Source: Octopus vulgaris
Lineage: Eukaryota
Length of the DNA: 64,000 bases
Direction: 5' to 3'
Assembly (NCBI GenBank): GCA_951406725.2
Contig: OX597816.1
Location: 51,894,001 to 51,958,000, forward strand
Below are positions 41,447 to 54,876 of the stretch, one piece after another (the first letter of the stretch is position 1; every line of letters starts with the position of its first letter). The position numbers and the translations under genes were made by a program. The notes beneath the pieces are model-generated. The model was not told where the DNA came from and searched no databases. It was given only the letters and a program-made list of their open reading frames with translations.

Positions 41447-42400
41447 TTATACTGAACTTTCATTCCGTTTCTATTTTCACTCGAATGTAGTATAGATGAT
41501 TTTTTTATTTTGCTCTCTAAATCCAAAACGCATACATTTTATACACAAAACATGACTTAAATTTGCTCAGCGTTTTATAATTAACGTGACTAATGTTTCA
41601 GAGCGCCTTACTAGTCTGAGCCCATTTGACATTGTTACTTCGTACAAAGCTAGCAAGTTTTGAAATATGTACAGCTGACCATAATCACGTCTCTAATCGA
41701 TTTCTACTTAGTTTTACAGATTCTGGGGAGATCAAAGATAACAGTAAGGTGAGAAATAAAACGCAATCCTTATGGAGGTATAACGAAATATCACAGGGGA
41801 TTTTCAACAGCATTCTTCGAATTCTAGTATCGATCGCTTCGTGAAAGCGAACACAATATCACGAAAATTACAATATATATAAAAAAAAATAATACATTTT
41901 TTAAGGCTAAATTTGAACTTTTCCATTTTGACATTTTAATTTGATTCAAATGATTAAGATAATAAAACGTGTACTCTATGTGCAGGATGTGTTTTTTGTA
42001 ATTAGGAATGATTGCGAATGTGTTTCTGTAAGTACAAATGATTGTGAACGTGTATGGCCGTTTGGATATGCGAATAAGTATGTGTATGAGAATACACAGG
42101 TATGCATGTTAATGCGTGATATTCTTGTTCGAAAATTTGCGTGTTTTTGTATTCTTGTGTCAATACTTGTCTAGAGGTTATGGCCAGGTTATAAAACTAC
42201 TGAATGCTAGAATCTCTCTCTATTTCTTTCTTTATTTTAGGTATTTTTTAAATTAATTAATCAAGGTAAATATATTTAGAATTTAAGAGATCAACTGGCC
42301 GCGGTTCTTCTACGATTTTTTTAATTCTCTTACGCATTATCTTTATTGTTGATATTCGTCGTTTTCAGTTCGTTAGTTTTTCTATCCCAATTATATATAC

Positions 42401-42432
<32 letters not shown>

Positions 42433-43003
42433 ATTTGTATGTGTGTGGTTTATTCATCGTGTTGTGTTTCTTTTAGATTTCCTTAATGTGTTTTGCAATT
42501 ATTTCGAAACTAGTTTTAAATTGATCGGATTCAATGATATTAACCCAAATTGATGTTGTTGTTGTTGTTGTTGTTGTTGTTGCTGTTGTTGTTGTCGACG
42601 TCCTCGTCGTCTTTGTTATAGATTGTAGTAATGGTGGTTTTCTTGGTATTATTGCTGTTGATGGTGATAGTGGTGGTGGGTGGAGGTTTAGTATTTGTTG
42701 TTCTTTTTAATTTTTATGATTTCTTTTTACTCTTTTGCTGTTCCTGCTGCTGCTGCTTTGTTATGTACAAGATTAGTAGTAATAGTAGTACTAGTAGCAG
42801 AAGTATTAAAGCGGCCTACGCCGAATTACATATGTACCCACACATACACACACGCAAACACGTACAGAGACATACACACTTATAGAAGTAAGACTTCATG
42901 AGTGTTCATATGCCAAACTACAACACGAATACATACACAGAAGCGCGCCCAAGCGCACACGTAAACAAAAAAAACACACACACATACGCACGCACGAATA
43001 CAT

Positions 43004-43053
<50 letters not shown>

Positions 43054-43164
43054 GCATCCGAGTACAAAAACTCATACACAATCGCACATATTCTCAAAAA
43101 TTCAAGCCTGAACGTATGCAGCCAAGGAAATTCACATAACGTCACTACTGCAATATTTATGTTT

Positions 43165-43583
43165 AGACCCACAGGTGCCTAAACATAGAGGAAGCAAACA
43201 AGGAGAGACAAAGGGATTAAGTCGATTACATAGACCTTAGTGCGAAACTCGTACTTAATTTATCGACCCCGAGAAGAATGAAAGGCAAAGTTGACCTCGG
43301 AGGAATTTGAACTCAGACAGTAATGGCAGACGAAATACTACTAAGTATTTCGCCCAGCGAGCTAACGTTTCCTATTTCTTTATTGCCCACAAGGGGATAA
43401 ACATAGACGGGACAACAAGAACAAACTAAGGGATTAAGTGGATTACATCGACCTCCCAGTGTGTGACTGGTACTTAATTCATCGACCCCGAAAGGATGAA
43501 AGGCAGAGTCGACGGAATTCGAACTCAGACCGTAACGGCAGAAGAAAGCCCGGCGTGCTAACGTATCCGCCAGCTCGCTGCCT
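43165..43583 (-). mobile_element. Two tandem SINE family B copies
   Basis: Head-to-tail copies of the 35192-35400 family. Confidence 0.8.
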
Positions 43584-43978
43584 TGCAATATTATAATGCA
43601 TTAATCCTTAATAGTTATAGTATGTTATGTTTTGACTTTGCTTTAATTTATAAGAGTAACACCCAAATTCCCAACCGAAAACAGGAAAGGACATCAAGCT
43701 TTTGCATCTGAAGATGTTAAATGGTAAGTTACCATGCAGTGCAAACCACTGATACTTGCGGGAGAAAAAATGATGCATTTACATGGACCTGGATTTACGT
43801 AGAATATGTGAAGTACCTATAAAGACGATCTTTTGTAATTCGTTTATTTCGGGATTGCTAGTGATTTGGCCTACATAGTTATTTGCTCTGCTTCATATCA
43901 TTTAAGTGCCCCAATAATATTGTTGTTTGGGATGTCACCTTCCTCTGATTTCAATATTCAGGCCCTTATATTTTCTCA

Positions 43979-44047
<69 letters not shown>

Positions 44048-44054
44048 GTTATTA

Positions 44055-44462
44055 TTCTATGTTTGACTTTTGTTTTATGTCTGTACAAGTTGGCTCGAAG
44101 TCTCACCCAGAGACCTCAAGAGAAAACAGGTTGGAAGTTCACGTTGTTGTTATGCCTAGTGTGCCATATATTTGGGGTTCTTCTTGGTGTTGTACTACTG
44201 AATGTCTAATACATAGATTAATAAAAATAAAAATTAAAAAAAAAGTTTGTTTTAAACCTTGGGATTACATAGAGAGTATTTTGCGTAGGATATGAGCAGT
44301 TCCCATCAGCACTATCTTTTGAATTTCTGCCATTTTGGGGTTTCCTGGTATCTGAGTTAGGTAGCAATCAGCCCCTTTCGCTATCATTCCCAGGGCACCT
44401 ATGACAACAGGTATTGTTTTAGTCTTCAGGTTCCACATTTTGCTGATTTCTATTTCAAGATC
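44055..44462 (-). mobile_element. 3' end of an R4/Dong-type RLE non-LTR retrotransposon inserted in (TAA)n
   Basis: Minus-strand translation DLEIEISKMWNLKTKTIPVVIGALGMI...EIQKIVLMGTAHILRKILSM*, then a 3' UTR. (TTA)n tracts flank both sides. Confidence 0.85.
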
Positions 44463-44527
<65 letters not shown>

Positions 44528-45077
44528 TTTGAGTGAGAGAGCAGTGCATGCCATCAAAGTGACACTGGGGTAAAATATACGAAGCCCAGTATATCCATCA
44601 TGACTACCCGTGTGATAAGGGTACACTAGGCACATGCACCACAACCATATGTGCGCGACATGCTGATTTCATATCAAGCTAAACAGCACATGACCTTGCA
44701 GGTGGGGCCCAGTTAGGATTTTCTTCAGGTCGAGTAGCCCATCCTGCTCAAAAGGTCCCTGAATAAGGGTTGCTTTAGGATGTTGAACGAAACACCCATG
44801 TTTCCAGAGGTGAATTTTTCAAACCCTCTCAACACACGGCTATAATGCTCCCCCACTACCTTTGCTCGTGATCAGAGATGCACATATCGTCAGCCACTAA
44901 GGGACATGCTCAACTGGTTAAGGTCAAACATCTGACAAGCAAATCTGTGGTATTGAGCAGAATATTTGCTGTAGCCCATCTTTTATACTAAGACAAAACA
45001 ATGTACATGATAACACTTCCAATCAGTTAAGATCAGAAGCCATGAGAGCCTCTGCCTGGTACTGCATCGGGGCATTT
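44528..45077 (-). mobile_element. ~550-bp non-coding element embedded in (TAA)n
   Basis: Higher-GC block bounded precisely by (TTA)n on both sides and ending in AAAAA(TAA)n on the minus strand. No ORF. Confidence 0.55.
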
Positions 45078-45086
45078 ACTATTATT

Positions 45087-45169
<83 letters not shown>

Positions 45170-45580
45170 AGCGTTGAGCTGGCACAATCGGTAGCACGCC
45201 GGTAGAAATGCTTTGCGGCATTTCGTCTGTCAAGAGTTCAAATTCTGCCAAGGTCGACATTGACTTTCAACATTCCGTGGTCGATAAATTCAGCAGCAGT
45301 GAAACACTCGGTCGGAGGATCGCGGTTTCGATTTCCAGACCGGGTGTTGTGTGTTTATTGAGCGAAAACGCCTAAAGCTCCACAAGGCTCCGGCAGGGGG
45401 TGGGGCGGCGACCCCTGTTGTACTCTTTTGCCCCAACTTTCTCTCACTCTTTCTTCCTGTTTCTTGAGTAACGCTGCGATGGACTGGCGTCCCGTCAACC
45501 TGGTGGGGAACACATACGCCACAGAAACCGGGAAACCGGGCCCATGAACCTAGCTAGGCTTGAAAAGGGAGCATAAATAA
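45170..45580 (+). mobile_element. SINE family B fragment fused to SINE family C
   Basis: Family B head to about 45308, then GGTCGGAGGATCGCGGTTTCGATT... of family C. Confidence 0.75.
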
Positions 45581-45616
45581 AAAGAAATATATACATATAT
45601 ATATATATATATATAT

Positions 45617-46502
45617 GGATCTTTTCAATTCTGAAGCCAGGACCACAGATCTTTCTACTTAACTAAATATTCTGAAACTTCGTATGCTGATAGAGTCTAG
45701 CAAAACAAGACACAGGTTGGAACTAGTTTATTTGAGAAAAATCTATTTTATGACTTTAATCGTAGATTAAAACTGCGAATTTTAACCAATCAGATAGTTT
45801 GTTTTCATGTGTAAAACTTGACTGCATTCTATTAGTGTGACGTAGAAAGCGCTTTTGTGACGTACTAACGTTCGGAAAACTGTAAACAAACGCAGAACGT
45901 AACGGCAGACGAAATACGGCTACGCATTTCGCCCGGCGTGCTAACGTTTCTGCCAGCTCTTTGCTTTTTTAATATTAAATTTCTTGCCTTTTGCACAAAT
46001 AAATACAATAAGTGAAATGAAACGCATTAGCTTAGAAACGAAATCTTGTTAGAAGCCTCGTCACTGAGATGCCACTTCTTAATAGCAAACGAAAGCAAGT
46101 ACTAACAGAATGGAAACATTTTCAATTTAATACATGTGGCTTATTAACTAGTTTTAAATATTGTTATTAGAAGGTGGCTGACTATAGGATCCTGGAAACA
46201 TGAGTACGTTAAATAATTAGAAGGAGATTTCACGGAGACATTCGGCTTGTTTACATTTAAGATGTTTAATACGTCACCAAATTGGTGGTCGAGACGGAAT
46301 AAATAAAATAAAGCCGAATGACGGAATATCATTGGTTAAAATTCTAATTATTAAACAACGTTAAACTTAGAAGTTACAATTCCGTTTTCATTCTGGTTTA
46401 CAATTAAGTTTACTTTTGACACATTCTACCAGTATACGAAGTTTCAAATTGTTTGGTTCAGTAGGAAAAATTTGAAAAAACTGGCTTCAGAATTGAAAAT
46501 AT

Positions 46503-46504
<2 letters not shown>
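45617..46504. mobile_element. Non-autonomous TIR DNA transposon (~890 bp) in (TA)n
   Basis: Termini GGATCTTTTCAATTCTGAAGCCAG / CTGGCTTCAGAATTGAAAATATCC, with further internal inverted matches (GAAACTTCGTAT/ATACGAAGTTTC; AATTTTAACCAAT/ATTGGTTAAAATT). A SINE B fragment sits at 45893-45960. Confidence 0.85.
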
Positions 46505-46559
<55 letters not shown>

Positions 46560-46983
46560 TATGTGTGTGTGTGTGTGTGTGTCTGTGTCTGTTTGCGTGT
46601 CTGTGTCTGTGTGTGTGTTTGAAATTGTATATTTAGAATAATAAAGTACTCAGAATGTTGAATAAATATATATATATATATATATATATATTTAATAATT
46701 TACATTTTATTTACATCTTTAGCGCTCTCTTATGTTATCGGATCTACCAAAAAGTGGTTTAAAGTTAGATTTCTCGACCTTTTTATATATGAAAAGTTTT
46801 GTGGGGTTTTCCAAGCACGTGAGAAGAAAGAAGAAAATCTTTTTGAGAAGAAGGTGGCGGTGAAGAGACGTAGTAAAGGGGATGTAAAGAGATATTGGTA
46901 TGGTCAGACTTGTTTGTTTAGTACTGAGTGACCTTTTAGGGTGGAGAAGGAAAAATAATTGTTGTATTCGAATTGGTCAATGT

Positions 46984-47240
46984 TTTAATTGAAAAACCAG
47001 ATGTTTTTGACTTTCTTCAGTAAAAATTAGAATTGCAATTCCATGTCTTGTTTCTTTATTCTTTTGTATTCATTAAATGTGGGGAGGTGTAAATGTGTGC
47101 TTTTTGATATTAGTGTGGTCAAACTTTTGTAGTAGTGAAGGTTCTTAATTGAAAAATCAGATGTTGTTTTTGACTTTCTTCAGTAACAATTATAATTGCA
47201 TTTCCAGGTCTTGTTTATTTAATCTTTTGTATTCATTAAA
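46984..47240. repeat. Imperfect ~95-bp direct repeat, period ~160 bp
   Basis: TTAATTGAAAAA.CAGATG...TTTTTGACTTTCTTCAGTAA...CTTTTGTATTCATTAAA occurs twice. Confidence 0.8.
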
Positions 47241-47289
47241 GTATAATTGTATGGATGTGCTCAACTTTTTTGATTGAATTCTGACAAAA

Positions 47290-47411
47290 TAGATAGATAG
47301 CTAGATAGATAGATAGATAGATAGATATATAGATATGTTTCTTTATTAGCCACACAGGGCTGCACACAGACAGGACAAATTACAAGGTAGAGCTTTTCTT
47401 TTGGGGATAGG

Positions 47412-47457
<46 letters not shown>

Positions 47458-47524
47458 TGTAGATAGATAGATAGATAGATATATAGATAGATAGATTGAT
47501 TGATAGATTGAGAGATAGATAGAC

Positions 47525-47575
<51 letters not shown>

Positions 47576-47599
47576 GGGAGGGAGGGAGAGATGGGTAGT

Positions 47600-47660
<61 letters not shown>

Positions 47661-47705
47661 GGATGGAGGGATGCATGGAGGGAGGGAAAGATAGGTAGTT
47701 AGATA
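47290..47705. repeat. (GATA)n tract containing a 70-bp insert
   Basis: Simple repeat interrupted at 47337-47406. Confidence 0.9.
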
Positions 47706-48166
47706 TGTCTACATCTTCGTTTATGCATGTAAATAATTTTACAGCAATCTATCTCAAAGTACAAGTGCACAGGCTTCTATAAACTCATCTTAGATCTGTA
47801 GTCAAAAAATGTCAATTTATATCAAGGCTAATGAAGCCAAAACTATGATTTGACATTTTCGTTTTTCTTCCAAAGGTGATCCAGTAAAATGAACGTTCTC
47901 GTAGCTTAAGCTTCAAAGAATATGACAATATCTCAAAGCCAAAGAGCATGCCATAAAAAGGTACTGTTTGAATATTAAAAAAAGCAAACACAACGGCAAA
48001 ACGACAGAGGAAATGTAAAAATGGAGAAAGTCAGAGATTGAATAATGTAAAGAGAATGAAACGGCATCGTATTCAATAAAATATCAGTAAATCATAATTA
48101 CCATTGTTTTATGAAATAACTCATACTGTTACTTCTACGTCTACTTCAACAGTACCAACGATAACA

Positions 48167-48167
<1 letters not shown>

Positions 48168-48206
<39 letters not shown>

Positions 48207-48219
48207 TAATAATAATAAC

Positions 48220-48262
<43 letters not shown>

Positions 48263-48263
48263 T

Positions 48264-48300
<37 letters not shown>

Positions 48301-48301
48301 T

Positions 48302-48346
<45 letters not shown>

Positions 48347-48392
48347 GATGATAATAATAATGATGATAAAAATAATAATAATAATAATAATA

Positions 48393-48428
<36 letters not shown>

Positions 48429-48481
48429 TTATAATAATAATAATAATAAAATAATAATGATAATGATAATAATAAAAATAA

Positions 48482-48536
<55 letters not shown>
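48168..48536. repeat. (AAT)n microsatellite with an internal strand switch to (ATT)n
   Basis: Read directly from the sequence. Confidence 0.95.
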
Positions 48537-48899
48537 TGCATTCATTTATTAGCCACATAGGCTCACAGTAATGCAACATTACAATGAACTTTAAGTAGGG
48601 TTTGAATGTCGTGTGGCGTGGGATAAAAGCAGTTGTTCGAAGACAACAGGAGGCGTAAAAGCTGGTTTACGACTAAAATAGGGAGAAAATTGTAATTTCT
48701 GAAATATTTAAGTCATAAACCTAATGTAAAATAAAACATGCAATAATTAAAATAATGTATAATTAAAGGATATAAAACTTGAAAAGAATTATGGATTCTC
48801 AAACATATATGGAGGAGAAAGTAGTTGGCTTGATCGGGAATATGGTAATCGATACTGAAAAGGTAATCAAGACTAAAGGTCAGAAACTGGCTAAGGTCA

Positions 48900-49066
48900 C
48901 CTGCCTGCATTCGCTTTCCGGCCAAAGGAAGGCGGTGGAACGATCTTCATGATGGACTCGGCTGAAAGCCGGATCTAATCTACATGTGACAGCAGGCGTT
49001 CGATATAAACCCACAAGTCAACAATACGCGCGCACTAGATCAGTGTGTGCAGACCAGTTACGGCCC
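48900..49066 (-). mobile_element. Possible decayed L1/Tx1-type ORF2 C-terminal fragment
   Basis: Minus strand reads approximately H.L..CA.IVDLWVYIERLLS...RLSAESIMKIVPP, weakly like the post-zinc-knuckle region. Similarity judged by eye only. Confidence 0.3.
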
Positions 49067-49719
49067 TTCAGTTAAGTGGAAGTTGATTTTGATTCAAAAC
49101 CAGCAAACTTTAGTTAATTGGTAAGTCAATTACATTAACTACCAGCGTTTGAATTGTGTTTGATATAATCGACTCCGGAGAGATGAAAGTAAAGTTCATC
49201 TCTTCGGGATTTAGACTCAGAATATAAATAGCTAGAATAAATTACACAAAGCTTTATTTCCTACGCTATGTACAGTTCAGCTAGTGGGCAATTTTAGTCT
49301 AGTGGGGTTAGTCTTTTCAGTACTTGAATAATACTTTATTTTAAAGCCTCGAGGATGGGGTAAAAGTCAAACTGGCCTATGACGGAATTTCAACTCGCAG
49401 ATGACCGTAACTAAATAACGAAAGACATTTTGTGTGATGATTTTGAGAGAAATATACCGAGAATGTCAATATTAAGGAGAAGGAAATAATGAACTGAATC
49501 GGTCCCAGTACTGTGGTCGTTATTTTATGTTTTTCAGGTCCTTAACAATGCACAGCAAACTCGAAGCTAAAATGGTTTGAACTTACAATATATGGAAGGT
49601 ACCTCAATAAAGCAGAAACCTTTTTTCGACCCTGTAGAACTGCTGCTTTTTTAAATATCATAAACAACCTATTGTCAACAACTGAAATGTGAAAATATAT
49701 TCTCCTTTCCCCCACCAGA

Positions 49720-50200
49720 AACATCATCATCCTCATCGTTATCATCATCATCATCATTTTGTTTTTAGGTTTCAGCTCAGAGCTGCGGCCATGGTGAGCA
49801 CCGGCGTCATCATCATCACAAACATCATCATTATTATAGTCATTGTCGACATCGTTATTATTATTGACATCATCATTTTAATCTTTATCATAATCATCAT
49901 TACCATATCATCATCATCGTCATCGTCGTCGTCGTTGTCGTCATCATCATCACCATTATCATCATTATTACCCTCATCCTCACCCCCATCGCTATCTTCA
50001 CCATTATCATCATCATCCTTATCATTGACATCATCATTCTGATTGTCATCGTTATCATTGACATCATCATTTTAATCTCAACATCTCATAGTCTTATAAT
50101 CATCATTATCATAATCGCTACCATCGTCGTTGTCGTCGTCGTCATCATCATCATCATCATTTTCTCACATCATCGTTATCACCACTAACATCAACCTTAC

Positions 50201-50258
<58 letters not shown>

Positions 50259-50275
50259 GTCATCGTCATCGTCTT
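49720..50275. repeat. Degenerate (CAT)n/(CGT)n low-complexity tract
   Basis: Simple repeats. Confidence 0.9.
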
Positions 50276-50614
50276 CATAATGTTGATATACCTTATTGTA
50301 AAGAACACCAAAACTCACAATAGATAAAAACGATAACTCCCACTATATTCAACATCAGTAAAATTATTTTCTACCACAACAATAGCTTTCACTTCAGTAT
50401 TCTCTAATAAATTTTCAAACTACTGTAGTCAAAGCTGTGCAGTAATTGTCATAGATTCCATTCCACGAATTATTCCATAGAAACATGAGAAAGGATTTCT
50501 GTCAAAATAAATATAAATTGCTTACGAGTTATTAAAACGTAAAACGACAAAAGGGCCAAGATTACCGAAATAACATCCGTACACAAAACATAAACACGCA
50601 AGGATACAAACGTG

Positions 50615-50649
<35 letters not shown>

Positions 50650-50730
50650 TTACCCACACACGCGCACACACGCACACATGTATAACAGATATATATTATA
50701 TATACACACACATACACAGACATATATATA

Positions 50731-50807
<77 letters not shown>

Positions 50808-50871
50808 TGTATACGCACACATCTCTATATATGAATATATGTATATATGTATATATATATATGTATGCATT

Positions 50872-50922
<51 letters not shown>

Positions 50923-51431
50923 TATCTAATACAGGAAACGACAAAATCCATTTCTCCTTTCCTTAGAATCCATTGAATCTAAGCAGTATTTTGATACGAT
51001 TACACCACACACACATCACAGAGACACACACACACATACACATTCACACACACACACACAAACATATATATATACCATCATACACATACATACGTATATG
51101 CATATATTCTGATATTCATTCATATATAGATATATTTACATGTTTATGTATTTTTGGCAAAAATAGATTCCTTTTAGAAATAATAAAAGAGAAGATGCAA
51201 GCAAACCAATGTACATAAAATATGGAGAGGGAAGCGGAATCTAGATGTCGTCTCTAATGTAATTTGTTGTATGTTAGAACCCCTACTTTTCAGAAAAGCT
51301 AAAAGACATCAAAGTTCAAATAATACTTAAGCTTGTTGGACAGGTTTCAAAATTAAGTTGCCAATCAAGACAGAGTTTTCGCCGAAAGCTAAATAATGTT
51401 GATCACAACGACGACGACGACGACGACAAGG

Positions 51432-51477
<46 letters not shown>

Positions 51478-51709
51478 ACGCTCTAAAAGTAAGAAATGAA
51501 ACAACAAAGTCAAGAATATCAAGAAATTTATAAAAAAAAAAGAAAAAAGAAATCGGCGACGGGAGAAATGGTATTAGACAACATCATTACAAACAAGAAA
51601 AACAGGAAAAATATAAAAAATAATATATTCAAAATATGAAAATATATTCAAGATATAAACAGTCAGCCAGACAGACAGACGAACAGACAGATATATCTTG
51701 AATATAATT

Positions 51710-51743
51710 CAATACATATATATATACATAGATAGATACATAC

Positions 51744-51797
<54 letters not shown>

Positions 51798-51834
51798 TAT
51801 ACATATATATATAAATACATATACATATGTAAAT

Positions 51835-51911
<77 letters not shown>

Positions 51912-51967
51912 CACTATACATATATATATATAAATACATATACATATGTAAACATACACACATACAC

Positions 51968-52041
<74 letters not shown>

Positions 52042-52100
52042 CATATATATATGTTAACACATATATACATACACACATATTTGTGTCTGTGTGTGTACGC
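51710..52100. repeat. Compound (TA)n/(CA)n tract with an internal duplication
   Basis: ACACTATACATATATATATAAATACATATACATATGTAAA occurs twice. Confidence 0.9.
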
Positions 52101-52645
52101 GCGCGTGTATGCTTGTGTATAATTTTCGTGTTTATATTTTCGGAATTGTTCAATTTTCCTATCGTCTCTCCTTCTCAGTCCTTCAACGTAGCTTGTTAGC
52201 CATCTATTTAGCCTAAATTTACTGGGGGTCATTAGCTTCTACTTAAGACAAGAGTACTTTCTATTAGATGGGCACCAACTAATAGAGCTGTCAGAGGGTC
52301 AACAGAAAATGTCACGTTTATCGACAACAAATGTTTCCAATAATACTGTAATTATAGTAATACGATGCTCTCGAGTTGATGGCGATGTCAGCAGAACATT
52401 GTTTTGATGAAATCGGAGATGAGTTGTATATTCAGCATATTCGTCCCGTAAAATCAACGTTTTAGTTTAACATCGGAGCTTATTCTCAAAACTATTTTCT
52501 CTAAAAGAGGTAACAAGATATAAATCAATTGAATATATTATTCACAATGTAACGCCAGCACATTGAATGATCATTAAGGAATTGTATCGCACACTTACAC
52601 CTACACACAAACAACCCTTTCTATCATTCCCTCTGTCTCTCTCTG

Positions 52646-52676
<31 letters not shown>

Positions 52677-52696
52677 ATCTCACTCTCTTTCTTTCA

Positions 52697-53018
52697 GCAG
52701 TGGTTAGAGCGTCGAGCTTACGATCGCGAGGTTGTGAGTTCGAATCCCGGACCGGGCTGCGTGTTGTGTTATTGAGCAAGACACTTTATTTCATGTTCCA
52801 CCAGTTCGCTCAACTATAGAAATGAGTTGCGACGTCACAGGTGCCAAGCTGTATCTGCTGTTGCCTTTCCCTTGGATAACACTAGTGGCGTGGAGAGGGA
52901 AGGCTGGTATGCATAGGCGACTGCCGGTCTTCCATAAACAACCTTGCCCGGACTTGTGCCTGGGTGTGGTAACTTTCTAGGTGCAATCCTATGGTCAGTC
53001 ATGACCAAAGGGGGTCTC
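52697..53018 (+). mobile_element. tRNA-derived SINE (family D-type head)
   Basis: AGTGGTTAGAGCGTCG...GAGTTCGAATCCC B box, then GAGCAAGACACTTTATTTCA. Confidence 0.8.
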
Positions 53019-53394
53019 AGCAGCATAGGTAACATGTCATATGTGTGTGCATCATTTGATATGTGTGTGTATCATTTGATATACACAATTCACAAAAGAA
53101 CTAACACTTCCATGATTTAGAGATATAATAAATTGGTAGGTTTATGTAAAGTGCCAGATATGTTCAACCAATCTTTCAGGTTCAGTGCTTGAAGATACAT
53201 GGCATATTAACTATATATGTGTGGGGGGGGGCGTGTGTGTATGCATATATGTGTGTATTCACATACCTACGTACATGCACATACACATATACATTCTCAC
53301 GCACATACACACTCACATATACATTATCATGAGGAACCTGAATTGCAGAAAAGAAAAGTGATAACTGTCGGAATCACCAGAGAGTCGAATAGGC

Positions 53395-53605
53395 AGTGAA
53401 CTGGCAGAGACGTTAGCTCGTCGGGCGAAATGATTAGCGGTATTACGTCTGCCGCTACGTTCTGAGTTCTAATTCCGCTGAGTTTGACTTTGCCTTTCAT
53501 CCTTTCGGAGTCGAGAACTTAAGTACCAGTTTCCTACTGGGGTCCATCTAATCGACTTGTCACCTCCCCCAAAATTTGGGATTCTTGTGCCTAGAGTAAA
53601 AAAGA
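53395..53605 (+). mobile_element. SINE family B
   Basis: Similar to 35192-35400. Confidence 0.75.
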
Positions 53606-53859
53606 ACATAGGAATGATTTCGATCGACTTTGAGTTTTAATACTGCCAATGTTTAAAAATGTATCAAGTGCGATGGGTTTGCGAATTGGCGAAATTGTTG
53701 GAGTTCCAAACAGTGTCTATTCCAATTGCTGTTTCTGTTCTAATTTTCAAAGTCCTAAATTAAATTCCCTGGAAGGTAGGTGTGACTAGACACAACCACC
53801 TGAATTCAAGAGTGCTATATACAAACCCTGACTGACCTTTCTTGACCTTCTTTGACACG

Positions 53860-54876
53860 TAATGGTTCGCGGTCCGACGTCTCCAGTGCGAGCAGTGGCG
53901 TGCCTCAAGGTTCAGTGCTTGGGCCCTTGTTGTTCTTAGTCTTCATAAATGACTTGCCCGACGACCTCACGCAACACACCCTTCTATTTGCCGACGATAT
54001 CAAACTGGTCGCTCCTCGCGGTAATATAGAGGATCTTCGTTCGATGCCTCCACCAAATTTGGAAGTGGTCAAACGATTGGGACCTGTGTCTGAACGTGTC
54101 AAAGTGCTGTCATCTGCCTGTCGGCTCTACTCCTGCAACTCAACTTGATTTCGAGCCGGGTCGTCTGCTGCTGGAGAGGACCGATCAGGTAAAGGACCTA
54201 GGTATCTTGGTGGATTCCTCCTTTTCGCCTTCGGCCCAGTGCGTCCATGCTGCCAACAAAGCACGCGGAATTCTGTTCTTGATTCGACGGTCATTCGGAA
54301 TGCTCACAGCAGCCATATTCCTACCACTCTATGTCACGCTGGTGAGACCCATATTGGAGTATGGGATTCAAGCCTCTTCTCCTTATCTCCTCAAAGACAT
54401 ACAGCATCTCGAAAGAGTCCAGAAGCTGGCTACCCGCATGGTTCATGGTCTCAAAAATTTGTCCTACGAAGAAAGGCTGAGGACGCTCGACCTTTATTCT
54501 CTTGAAAAACGCCGCCGCCGTAGTGATGTCATTCTCGCCCACAACATCATAAGCGGAAAGTGTAACCTCTCGAAAGAGCTGTTCTTCACTCCTGCTCCAG
54601 AGCGTCGGCTGCGGGGTCATTCCGAAAAGCTCTACCTGCGACGATTTCATCTCAATCGAAGGAGAGGAGCTTTCTCCGTCCGGGTTGCGGATCCGTGGAA
54701 CAAGCTGCCAGACGAGATGGTGAAGATGCCGACGACCGCTTTGTTCAAAGCCTCCCTGGACCTCAAGTGGCCTGAACTCTTTACATGAACACCACCCTGT
54801 ACTTAACTCCATGTCCCCCTACATGGCCTTGCTATTTGCTTTTGAGCCAAATTAACTAACTAACTAACTAACTAAC
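53860..54876 (+). mobile_element. 5'-truncated CR1/L2-group LINE (RT C-terminus, 3' UTR, (CTAA)n tail)
   Basis: [52 protein letters not shown] and LERVQKLATRMV; one frameshift near 54041; stop at 54788; tandem tail. Confidence 0.93.

Noticed and set aside
46715-46750. Minus-strand CCGATAA...GAGAGCGCTA hammerhead-like remnant
   Set aside because: No stem II or stem I pairing.
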